Both the position numbers and the translations under genes were made by a program. DNA of 64,000 bases from Octopus sinensis. Taxonomy: Eukaryota. Below, piece after piece: positions 26,849-39,058 of the stretch. The stretch covers positions 133,114,001 through 133,178,000 of the forward strand of contig NC_042997.1 in NCBI RefSeq assembly GCF_006345805.1. Reading direction: 5' to 3'. The notes beneath the pieces are model-generated. The model saw only the letters and a list, made by a program, of their open reading frames with translations, did not search any database and had not been told where the DNA came from. Each line of letters begins with the position of its first letter. The first letter of the stretch is position 1.

Positions 26849-27004
26849 TAGAAGGTGGCCGCTCAAGATTAATCAGCCGAAATGCTAAGATGATCTGGTT
26901 CTTGACTGATGACTGAGGCTTCGAATGTCCCGTCCTTGGTTCTTGTGTCGTCTCTGTGTGTTTCATGTTCTTGTCCATGTCTGTATTTAATTTTACTGTT
27001 TACC

Positions 27005-27049
<45 letters not shown>

Positions 27050-27269
27050 ATGTATATATACATATATATATGTGTGTGTATGTATATGTATATATAATAT
27101 ATATATATGTGTGTGTGTATATATATATATATATTATATATGGTGTGTGTATGTATATATATATGTGTGTGTATGTATATATATATGTGTATGTATATAT
27201 ATATATATGTGTATGTATATATATATATATATATATATTATATCTTATATATATATATATAATATAATA

Positions 27270-27705
27270 TAGGAGTGGTTGTGTGGTAAGTATCTTGCTT
27301 AGGAACCACATGGTTGCGGTTTCAGTCCACTGTGTGGCACCTTGGGTAATGTCTTCTACTATAGCTTCGGGCCGGCCAAAGCCTTGTGAGTGGATTTGTA
27401 GACGGAAACTCAAAGAAGCCCGTCGTATATATGTATGATATAATATATATATATATTATATATATATATATATATATGTATATGTGTGTATATATTTGTG
27501 AGTCTATGTTTGTCCCCCAACATCGCTTGACAACCGATGGTGGATTGTTTACATCCCCGTAACTTAGCGGTTGGCAAAAGAAACCGATAGAATAAGTACT
27601 AGGCTTACAAAGAATATGTCCTGGGGTCGACTTGCTCGACTAAAGGCGGTGCTCCAGCACGGCTACAGTCATGACTGAAACAAGTAAAATAGTAAAAGAG
27701 AGTAT
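27270..27705 (+). mobile_element. SINE family A
   Basis: Full copy within a (TA)/(TG) field. Confidence 0.9.
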
Positions 27706-27723
27706 AGAGTATATATATATATG

Positions 27724-27759
<36 letters not shown>

Positions 27760-28764
27760 TATGTGAATATATGTCTATGTATATATATGTATATATGTAT
27801 GAATGTCTATATATATATATGTATGAGTGTATATATTTGTATGCATAGTTATGTATGTGTATATGTATGCATGTGTATGAGTGTATATATATTATATTTA
27901 TATATGTGCGTGTATGTATGTGTATATGTATGTAATTGAGTATATATGTGTGTGTGTGTGTGTATGTATATGTATATATATCTTTAATGTTTGTCATCTT
28001 AATGTATATAAGAATCTAGAATTTGGAAAATTTATTTTTTAGTGGATTAATACAAAATATTTTGAATCTTTCTAATGCAAATATTTGTATTTACTGTAAA
28101 ATACATTATTATATTACTAATTTAATATTAATTATAAATCACAAATATAATATCTCCATTATACTAAATAATTATATTTAGAAATATATTCATTTAATTG
28201 ATTAATTAATTGATGATAATAATAAAAATAAGAATGATAATAATTAATGGTTTTATTTGACTTCCTAACTAAACATAATAACCACAATAATAAATCTTAT
28301 AGTATTGTATAGTTTGTAGCTTGTATTCATATTGCAACAATCTAATTTTGTTAGTTCTGAAAGAATTAATAAAATTTGGATATATAATGTTTATAGTCCT
28401 TTATCTAAAAAACAATATTGAAAATATTTATCGTAGATCGGTTCTCAATACTTATGTTTTTGTTTATCTTACTTTATTTTATTTACTGAGTTCTCCCGTC
28501 CATAATATACGTAAATAAGGACATTTACTTGTTAGTTACTGCGAATAATCCTTATTTAAGTCACTTCAAATTTGGTTACGTCTGGAAAGCTCTGTAATAT
28601 TTTGATATCCATTGTTATAGTTTAGCCCTATGGGGTAATATAGGTTGTAGTTATCGTAGCTTTAAGTTTCTCTTCATATTTTTACAGAATTCTCCCTCCG
28701 ATACACTACGTAAATAAAGAACATTTTTTTTTTTTTGCTAGTAACTCTAAACAATCTTTATAAT

Positions 28765-29886
28765 ATGGAAAAATGCAAGCAAGAGAAATAATATTCTTAA
28801 GATTATAAACCTGGAAAAGTTCAGGACAAGTTATTACATCTAGTAAAGTACAGAACAAGAAAATTTTTACTTAAAATATTGCAGCTAAGGATAAAATTTC
28901 AAATAAAATATTCAGATGTAGAAAATATTACCCTTTATTAAAACTAAAAGTTTTATTACAAGTTATTACTCTTATTTGTTACTTCTATTAAAAATTTTAA
29001 TCACTCAAAATATTTTTTGCACTTTAAGAAAATTCGTTTTTTAATTATTAACTAATAATTAGAAATTTGAAAATAGGTTATAAAATAAATAACTGTTTGT
29101 CCCTTCTCGAGCCATGCCTGGCTCATAAGGGCCGGTTTCCTGGTTTCCTTGGTGCATATGTTCCCCGCCTGGACGGGACGCCGGTCCGTCACAGGTGAGC
29201 TGCAAGAGGAAAGAGTGAGAGAAAGTTGTGGCGAAAGAGTCAGCAGAAGTTCGTCATTACCTTCTGCCGGAGCCGCATGGAGCTTGGGTGTTTCGCTCAT
29301 AAATACACACATCGCCCGGTCTGAGATTCGGACCCGCAATCTCTACGACCGCTAGTCCGCTGCTGTAACTACTAGGCCATGTGCCTCCACATAAAAAAAT
29401 TGATATTAGTATATAATTAGTTCAATAAATAGAACAATACAAAAATTAGTTATATAATACAGTAAAATCTACCTATTGCAACAAATTCACAGTAAAGTTA
29501 CTGCAAAGTCTTCTAATTTTTAGTCTTGCTCAATGCCTATTTTTTGTATAATGAATTTTCTTACCATATATACTATTCTACTTTGCATAAAACTTTAGCT
29601 ATATTTGTAGTTCTGGCTCTCATATTTAAATATTCTAGTGTATTAATATTTTAAGAAAATGATGGTGCCGTTTTAATTATAATGTTACTTTGTAAATTAA
29701 AATCAAATAATTTTTAATATTCAAATTCTATCCTTAACTGCAATATTTTAAATAAAAATTGTCTTGTTCTGTACTTTACCAGATGTAATGAGTTGTCCTG
29801 AACTTTTCGAAGTGCAATAACTTGTCTTATAAATTTCCAGGTTTATAATCTTAAGAATATTATTTCTCTTGCTCGCATTTCCCATG
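28765..29886. repeat. Inverted repeat (arms about 28765-28905 and 29718-29886)
   Basis: GCAAGAGAAATAATATTCTTAAGATTATAAACCTGGAAA versus TTTCCAGGTTTATAATCTTAAGAATATTATTTCTCTTGC. Confidence 0.85.
29090..29391 (-). mobile_element. SINE family B
   Basis: Reverse complement of 13613-13880. Confidence 0.85.
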
Positions 29887-31514
29887 TAATCCATGTTTTT
29901 TTCCAGGCCATGCTATTATGCTAATTAATAATGTTTCAAATATGTCAATTCGTCGTTTGATAATATTTTTCTTACCTCAATGACGTCAGCGACATATATT
30001 AAAACTCCCCTTGTAGAATTATATTCATAAAAAGTATAGAACTACATTATAACGCTCAAATTCGGGAAACAAACACTCATAACTTTTTTCTATTCAAATT
30101 TCATTGCATGAGATTGATACCATGAAATTCCTCGAATTGAACTCTTTCATTTAAGCTTAATTAAAATATGATTTGATTTTAAAATAAGAAAGATAATTAT
30201 ACTTAAATTTTAAAATAAGAAAGATAATTATACTTAAATCCAATTTTTTGCCTTATATTTTTTTCATGATATTTTACCTCACAACTTTTTTAATACAAAT
30301 TCTTGTTGCAATGGAACAAAACTAGGAAATCCTTCATGTTTTCTTCTGCCATTAAAGCTAAGATAAATATATTTTGCTTTTAAAATAAAGATAAATATAT
30401 ATAAAGATAAATATATAATTGCTTTTAAAACTTGATTGGTGGTGTTACTTACTCCCCTAAAACATTGCAACAAATTTTCATATATAATTTTTTCTACGGG
30501 ATCAAATCCCGATTTATAATGCCAAAATGTAGCTAGGGAACAGTCCTCTTCAAAAATGTTAACAGTTTTCAATTTGGTTAAGAACTGAGTTAGTGACAAG
30601 CTCTGAAAGATGCTGCGTGTGAGTAAATTGTGGCATTAAGAATATTATTTAACTACTACCATAGTTGAATGATGTCAATAACTTTAAATAAAAGAGATTT
30701 CTTATATATTATTATTTTATTAATATAATACTATATTACAATTTATATAATTTATATAATTTTTCTTTGTGTAATTAAAAATAAATGAAAAGCATTGCAT
30801 ATAAATAAATCATTAGTTATAATACTAGAAGTAGGTTTTTTTCGAACATGTATAGGAACAGTTAGAGAATGAATATTTATTTACACGCTTTATTACCGTC
30901 TCTAGATTAAGTAAGACTCTGATACATAATTCATTTATATACATATATATTATTGTTGCATGTTATTAAAATAGCCAAAGATTGTTTTCGACCAAAACGA
31001 ATTTGGATTAATATTACTTGAGATATATAGAAATATATTTCGATAGTTGTAGATTCTATTTCCTTAATTATTTTGTCCGTTATCATTTTGTTGTTTCTTT
31101 AATTGTATTTGCTATATAGTTGAAAAGTTAATTCTCACACTCCTAAACATAGGTATTTGAATGAATGTTTTGCAATCTCGCCGTCCTTTCATACGGAATT
31201 TCGTCTAGTTTTTTTTAACTAAAGCCCTGAAGAGACTAATATAAATGGATATAAAATGATCATCAATCAAATAATGTATATAAATCGAAACAAACTTTTA
31301 GCTGTTTTGTTTTTTTCAATAATCTTTGTCATCTTATATTATATTATATTCATTGTATATTACGTACATATCCACACATAATACATACACACACATACAT
31401 ACAAACAAATACATACACACACACATACATACACATACACACATACATACGTGCACACACATACATATACACACATACATACACATATAAAAATACATAC
31501 ATATACACACTTTT

Positions 31515-32056
31515 GAGTGCTACTGGTAACATGTAACCCAGTACAACTTGTTGCATAGTCGGGTCGTCGGCGACTAAACAGGCAACCCCACCAAGCTTGC
31601 TTGGTGAGGAGGGTGTTTATTGGACACCCTGCGGGGTGAAAAACAAAACCCGTCAAAGGGCGGAGGAACTCTTGAGAGTCAACGGCCATCCAATAAATGT
31701 CTTAAGGCTGTATCATGCGTGGGGACATAGAAATAATCGGACTGAATACCCGATCGCGCGGTTAAACCATTGGAAGTGAAGGACTCCTAGCTTTTGTTAG
31801 GGCATCCTTCTAGGAGAAGCTAACTCAGGTAACTGGGATAACTCCGACATAAAACCTGCGGCTCAGTGGTTACCGATGATGTTGACTTGTTCTTCTTTTC
31901 GGATTATGGCTGCTGTTGCTTACTGAGTGGGATTGACTCAGTGCACAGCCTTTCCTCACTTTAAAAAAAATCTTCTTGCACAGGCATTGCACGATAACAA
32001 CATTGATTAAGCTTCGTGCAATGGCCATACTTGATAACGAGGGGCCAGCCACCATG
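31515..32056 (+). mobile_element. Probable non-autonomous RTE-related retroelement
   Basis: GC-richer island between microsatellites; AAGCTTGCTTGGTGAG..AAAGGGCGGAGGAACTC..GTCAACGGCCATCCAA also echoed at 51840-51955. Family assignment is tentative. Confidence 0.45.
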
Positions 32057-32384
32057 TGTGTGTATGTATGTATGTATTTGTGTATGTATGTGTATGTATA
32101 TATGTATGTATGTGTGTATGTATGTGTGTGTGTAAGTATGTGTATGTATGTGTGTATATGTATGCATGCTTGTATATCGAACCACCTCCAGCATTTGCAT
32201 TTCATGCATATACACTTTACACCTTAAACGTCACACATAAGTGTTTCCCTCACGCAATCTCATATTAAAAACAATCTCAGACGCCATCATTCAATGACTC
32301 CAATTTCATTTCGCTCTTCTAGAAGCTTACTGCATACCAGATTTTAGTCACACGTACTCATTCGTTAACACAAAGCTATCATAA

Positions 32385-32548
32385 GCGTAGGAGTGGATGT
32401 GTGGTAAGTAGCTTGCTTACGAACCCCATGGTCATGGGTTCAGTTCCACTGCGTGGCACCTTGGTCAAGCGTCTTCTAATATAACCTCGGGCCGACCAAA
32501 GCCTTGTGAGTGGATTTGGTAGATGGAAACTGAAAGAAGCCAGTCGTA

Positions 32549-32584
<36 letters not shown>

Positions 32585-32805
32585 TATGTATGTGTGCGTA
32601 TATGTTTGTGTTTGTCCCCCAGTATCGCTTGACAAACTGATGCTGGTGTGTTTATGTCCCCGTAACTTAGCGGTTCTGCAAAAGAGACCGATAGAATAAG
32701 CACTATGCTTACAAAGAATAAGTTCTGGGGTCTATTGTTCGACTAAAGGCGGTGCTCCAGTATGGCCACAGTCAAACAACTGAAACAAATAAAAGAATAA
32801 AAGAA
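32385..32805 (+). mobile_element. SINE family A
   Basis: Full copy. Confidence 0.9.
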
Positions 32806-33644
32806 ATCATTTGTTAAATGTACAGAACATAAGAACTGAACCTGGAATCACAGTGTTTCAAAGCGAACATTATAACCACACAGACATGCTTGTACCATGC
32901 ATATACTTACATATGTGCGCATATCGTTGCGCATTTACACATCCATATACAATCTCATATTAGCATTAATATCTTTCAACTTGTTCTCAAATATAGTGTG
33001 CAAAAGGTATATACGATATATTTGTTTATGTCGTTTCTTTTCCTTTAATATTTTTCGTTATTTACTTTGGTCATTCAATTTATAATATATCAATTTCCTT
33101 TTAAGTTAGAGTTACACTGCTTTATTTCCAGGCTCTTTGTAAATATCGATTTTCGTATCTACATTATATTATATATTTATAGCAACATCAAATGAAACGA
33201 AATTTTTCAGCTGATAGAAACTATGAAGATTGCGAATAGCTACTTCGTAGCAGGTGATTCCGTACAGAATATGTGTTGATTTTTACATAAAGGATGACGA
33301 TAGCTATGACAATGATGTTGATAATAAATACCGCTCTCTTTTATTGCCACAGGGGCGATGAAATGAGAGACATTACTACAAGGAAAAGTTACAAAACGGC
33401 GAGGGCTTTACGTTGTGTTTCATACAGAACAATAAATGGCAGCAATGAAAGAAGTTATATATAGTTTTGCAGCTATATATATATATATATACATACACAA
33501 CATACGCACACACACACACACATATCTGAATTTATACATCTGTATTTCTCTCTCTTTCTCTCTCTCTATATATGTGTGTGTGTATGTATGTATGTATGTA
33601 TATTCTATATATATCTACATCTTCTATCTATCTATCTATCTTCT

Positions 33645-33681
<37 letters not shown>

Positions 33682-33689
33682 TCTCTCTA

Positions 33690-33737
<48 letters not shown>

Positions 33738-33844
33738 ATATATTATATATATATATATACATACAACACACACATATGTTTAGCCTTTTTACGTGTTTCA
33801 TCATTAGACAGTGGCCATTTTGGGGGGCGGCCACCTTGAAGGAA

Positions 33845-34582
33845 TCTATCTCACCTCTGTTGATTCGCAGAAATGAAATTAATTGAGCTTTGCTGCTGAT
33901 GTCTGTACTTCCATCGATTCGTAGGCCCACAATTTTTTGAGTTCATCTCTTGCTTCAGTGAAATGTTCGCGGAGCTGATCATTAATGTCTCGCGAAATGC
34001 CTTGGATTTTACAAGAGATCGCGTGGGCAGACAAAGGAATGGCCTTAATTTGTTTAACGGCTTCATCACTAAACATTGTGCCAACGGCGATCTCCAAGGC
34101 TAATAATGTTTCCGGCATCAGAATGTGTTTTTTCTTTCTTCTTTGCCAAAAGCTAGGCAAACTTGTAACTAGCGATTTGAGCTTTCTCGGGAAGTGAGTA
34201 AAATTTCTTCAGCCTTTTTCGTTGAATTTTAAAAGTATTTGTTACATCTCAAAGTGTTTTTTTAGTTTGTCCTTATGTTACGTATGATTTGTTATTAGAT
34301 GACGTTGAAGTTTACTGGGAACCATCGCTTCATTTGAGAGTGTTGTTAAACAAATCATATCAAAAGGAACCGAGTTGTATTTTTCCGATAATATAAAACC
34401 ATATTGAATGTAATTTTCACTATATTTTCGTTTTGATGAGGTGGACTTTTTACTCTGTTTTTCGTCTTGTTTGCTATGACTCTCTTTCTCATTATTCTGA
34501 GGTCTCAAAAAACTTTGTCCATGTTTAAATCTAAAACTAAAAATCGATTAAAATTTGCATAAAATAAGTATGTAAATTATAA
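33845..34582 (-). mobile_element. hAT-Charlie/Buster (ZBED8-like) transposase 5' fragment, copy left of gap
   Basis: KRKYSENYIQYGF..ICLTTLSNEAMVPSKLQRHLITNH (BED finger); IKAIPLSAHAI; truncated at a SINE/LINE-type tail (33780-33845). Confidence 0.85.
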
Positions 34583-34682
34583 NNNNNNNNNNNNNNNNNN
34601 NNNNNNNNNNNNNNNNNNNNNNNNNNNNNNNNNNNNNNNNNNNNNNNNNNNNNNNNNNNNNNNNNNNNNNNNNNNNNNNNNN
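34583..34682. other. Assembly gap (100 N)
   Basis: Run of n. Confidence 1.
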
Positions 34683-34755
34683 TTCTCTCTCTTTCTCCTC
34701 CTCTCTATATGTGTTGTGTGTATGTAATGTATGTATATATCTATATTTATATCTA

Positions 34756-34838
<83 letters not shown>

Positions 34839-34924
34839 ATATATATATATACACACACACACATATGTTTGACTTTTTACGTGTTTCAGTCATTAGACAG
34901 TGGCTATTTTGGGGCGCCGCCTTG

Positions 34925-35943
34925 AAGGAATCTATCTCACCTCTGATGATTCGCAGAAATGAAATTAATTGAGCTTTGCTGCTGATGTCTGTACTTCCAT
35001 CGATTTGTAAAGCCCACAATTTTTTGAGTTCATCTTTTGCTTCACTGAAATGTTCGCGGAGCTGATCATTAATGTCTCGCGAAATGTCTTGAATTTTACA
35101 AGAGATCGCGTGGGCAGACAAAGGAATGGCCTTAATTTGTTTAACGGCTTCATCACTAAACATTGTGCCAACGGCGATCTCCAAGGCTACTAATGTTTCC
35201 GGCATCAGAATGTGTTTTTTTTCCTTCTTTGGCAAAAGCTAGGCAAACTTGTAACTAGCGATTTGAGCTTTCTCGGGAAGTGAGTAAAATTTCGTCAGCC
35301 TTTTTCGTTGAATTTTAAAAGTATTTTTTAGCATCTCAAAGTGTTTTTTTTAGCTTGTCCTTATGTTGCGTATGATTTGTTATTAGATGACGTTGAAGTT
35401 TACTGGGAACCATCGCTTCATTTGAGAGTGTTGTTAAACAAATCATACAAAAAGGAACCGAGTTGTGTTTTTCCGATAATATAAAACCACATTGAATGTA
35501 ATTTTCACTATATTTTCGTTTTGATGAGGTGGACTTTTTATTCTGTTTTTCGTCTTGTTTGCTATGACTCTCTTTCTCATTTTTCTGAGGTCTCAAAAAA
35601 ACTTTGTCCATGTTTAAATCTAAAACTAAAAATCGATTAAAATTTGCATAAAATAAGTATGTAAATTATGAATAAATCGAAAATTAAAACTATACTAAGA
35701 CTACTAAACGATTTACTTACAGACAATCCCGGTTTAAATGCAAAACTGCTGTTCGTCATGTAATGTAATTAATTTATATTTACCGTATTTTACGATTCAT
35801 ATAAATAATTTATATTTACGCTCAAACTTTGCGAATGTTCTTGGATCGTTGTTTTCCGAAGATCCCAAAAATATCTTTCGCGGTACTCCAGGAATCTATC
35901 ACGGCACACCTCTGTGCCGCAACACACTGTTTGGCAGTCACTG
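34925..35943 (-). mobile_element. hAT-Charlie/Buster transposon 5' half, copy right of gap
   Basis: Terminus CAGTGACTGCCAAAC at 35943; PFCMICLTTLSNEAMVPSKLQRH; WALQIDGSTDISSKAQL (first catalytic D). Confidence 0.88.
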
Positions 35944-36139
35944 CTATAGATAGACAGGCAGACAAATAGATACACACATACACACTCACGCACAGAGAGA
36001 GAAAGAGAAAGAGAGAGAGAGGGGAGAGAGAGAAGGGAGAGGCAAGTATGCGGATAAACAACTTAGATTTAATGAAATATAGCAATTTGGGTATGAAACA
36101 CAAGTATATATGTAATCATGCAAAACGAGAGAAAGCGAT

Positions 36140-36615
36140 AAATATTTAAGTATTAATATATAGATGCTTATATCAATAGATTTAGCTCACATTGAGTGCA
36201 AAGAAAATTAAGCGGAAGAAAGGTGTTATAAGTCCAACAACTGTTTCTGGGGGCTCGAAGAGCCATCATAATGTTGGTATATGTAGTTCATCACAATATT
36301 CGACCGTAATTGAAGGAATCAACATTGGATGAATCGAGCCTCCGTCACTTCTCTGCATTGTGATCTGAAATGTAAGATCTTCTCTACCTTGATGACGATT
36401 GCTCGATTTGTCCAATGTTGGTTCCTTCCATTAAGGCCGAATATTATGATGAACTACATCTGCCAATATTACGACGGCTCTCCGAGCCCCTAGAAACAGC
36501 TGTTTGAGAGATAACACCTTTCTTTTTTCTTTCTCTTTAATTTTCTCTGTCGTTTGTACACTGAGTAAGTTGGGTCCATTAATATAAATATTTACATATT
36601 TATTCTTAAATATTC
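36140..36615. repeat. Imperfect palindrome (arms about 36140-36340 and 36400-36615), probably inverted PLE pseudo-LTRs
   Basis: AAGAAAGGTGTTAT..GTAGTTCATCA versus TGATGAACTAC..ATAACACCTTTCTT; GAAACAGCTGT motif in the right arm. Confidence 0.75.
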
Positions 36616-36679
36616 AGTAATCCTCCTCCTCCCGCTCCATCGTCTTCCTCGCGCACAGGTCGTCCCACCTTTAAGGTTA

Positions 36680-37063
36680 CCCCAACATCGCTTGACAACC
36701 GATGCTGGTGTGTTTACGTCCTCGTAACTTAGCAGTTCAGCAAAGAGACCAATAGAATAAGTACTAGACTTACAAAGAATAAGTCCTGGGGTCGATTTGC
36801 TCGACTAAAACGCGGTGCTCCAGCATGGCCGCAGTCAAATGACTGAAACAAATAAAATAATATATATAGGCGCAGGAGTGGCTATGTTGTAAGTAGCTTG
36901 CATACCAACCACATGATCCCGTGTTCAGTCCCACTGCGTGGCACCTTGGGCAACTATCTATCTCCTGCTGTAACTTCGGACCGACCAAAGACTTGTGAGT
37001 GGATTTGGTAGATGGAAACTGAAAGAAGCCCGTCGTATACACACACTTATATATATAGGTGTT

Positions 37064-37136
<73 letters not shown>

Positions 37137-37369
37137 GTTTGTGTGTGTGTATGTGTGTGTGTGTGTGCGTTTGTCTCCCCAACATCACTTGACAACCGTT
37201 GCTGATGTGTTTACGTTCCCGTGACTTAGCGGTTCAGCAAAAGAGACCGATAGAATAAGTAAAAGGCATATCAAGAATAAATCCCGGGGTCGATTTGCTC
37301 GACTAAAGGCGGTGCCCCAGCATGACCGTAGTCAAATGACTGAAACAAGCAAAGAATGAAAGAATGAAC

Positions 37370-37370
<1 letters not shown>
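36680..37370 (+). mobile_element. Tandem SINE family A (3' half plus full copy)
   Basis: 36680-36860 tail, then 36868-37370 full copy with (TG)n. Confidence 0.88.
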
Positions 37371-37422
<52 letters not shown>

Positions 37423-37776
37423 TAAAATAGTAAAAGAGTGAAAAAACGACAGAAGGCTTAAATGTTAAAAACTATATATATAGATAAGAAAGTTGGTTGT
37501 GAAAGCACGTGGGTGAATATATAAAAAATAGTAAAGAGTGAAAAAACGACAGAAGGCTTAAATGTTAAAACGCGGTGCTCTAGCATGGCCGCAGTGGTTG
37601 GTATGCAAGCTACTTACCACATAGCCACTCCTGCGCCTATATATTATTTTATTTGTTTCAGTCATTTGACTGCGGCCATGCTGGAGCACCGCGTTTTAAC
37701 ATTTAAGCCTTCTGTCGTTTTTTCACTCTTTACTATTTTTATATATTCACCCACGTGCTTTTCACAAACCAACTTT

Positions 37777-37812
<36 letters not shown>

Positions 37813-37840
37813 TATATATATATATATAATATATTATATA

Positions 37841-37881
<41 letters not shown>

Positions 37882-38240
37882 ACAAATAGATACATATATA
37901 TAGATATGTATGTTGCCAGTAGGTAGGTAGGTAGGTAAGTGGGTTTCTGCTATATCACTGAATGGAATTACTAGAATATGTACTCTGAATATGATAAAAT
38001 CTGGTAAATGTAACGTGATGCGTTGAAAAGCATCAATCAACTGAGATTAAGCAATTGATAAACATAAAGTATCTTCAAGTAGGGTTAGAACATACGAACT
38101 GCATGCAAAGCTGGAACTATTCTTTGAAACGGATGAAACGCGATGCCACGGGTATGGCCCGCAGTCGTAGAACCGAAACAAATAAAAGATACACGCGCAC
38201 ATACACACACAGACACATGTATACGCATATATATAAATAT

Positions 38241-38297
<57 letters not shown>

Positions 38298-38380
38298 TAT
38301 ATAATATATATATATATATATAAATATATATATATATGGCATGTATGTATATATATATATGTATGTATATATATATATGT

Positions 38381-38421
<41 letters not shown>

Positions 38422-38448
38422 ATGTGTATATATATATATATATATATA

Positions 38449-38913
38449 CAATTAAGGGCTCCTAAATTAAGATGCCGAGTGCTGGAACACAAAAAGGGGA
38501 TGAATTTATCGAGAGTGAAAAACAAAAACGTTTACCGATAACTTTAACTCGAACTCTAACCGCGGTTTGCTTCTTTCTAGCAAAACACAAGATATGTTTG
38601 CTAAGGCTAGCTTCATCAGCGAGTCGCCTTAATTAATCGAGGTCTGCAGCGATGTGAGACCATGTGTTGATCTCGAACTACTAGCAGATCTTAACTTTTC
38701 AAATCTCTGCGCAGACGCAAATTTATACGGCAGTATAGTCATGCCGGAGTATAGTTATAAAATTTTACGAAATCTTGTGTTTTGCTAGAAAGAAGCAGAA
38801 ACCGCGGTTCGAGTTAAAGTTATCGGTAAACGTTTTTGTTTTTCACTCTCGATAAATTCATCCCCTTTTTGTGTTCCCAGCACTCGGCATCTTAATTTAG
38901 GAGCCCTTAATTG
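38449..38913. mobile_element. Young foldback/MITE-like element with about 140-bp near-perfect inverted arms
   Basis: TATACAATTAAGGGCTCCTAAATTAAGATGCCGAGTGCTGG versus CCAGCACTCGGCATCTTAATTTAGGAGCCCTTAATTGTATA. Confidence 0.85.
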
Positions 38914-39058
38914 TATAACTACATGAATAATATTTTTCTATATGAATAATATTTTTGTCTTATGACTAATTCGTCTTTTGTGCTGGTCACCTGGTAGTAA
39001 ATAATATTACTACCCTTCTTGTTCATATTCGTATATATATATATATATATATATATAT

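Larger units (their letters stand above)
26154..28358. repeat. Long AT-rich inverted repeat (arms 26154-26424 and 28060-28358)
   Basis: Arms align in reverse complement (ORF track shows MYSYCNNLILLVL on both strands). Confidence 0.9.
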
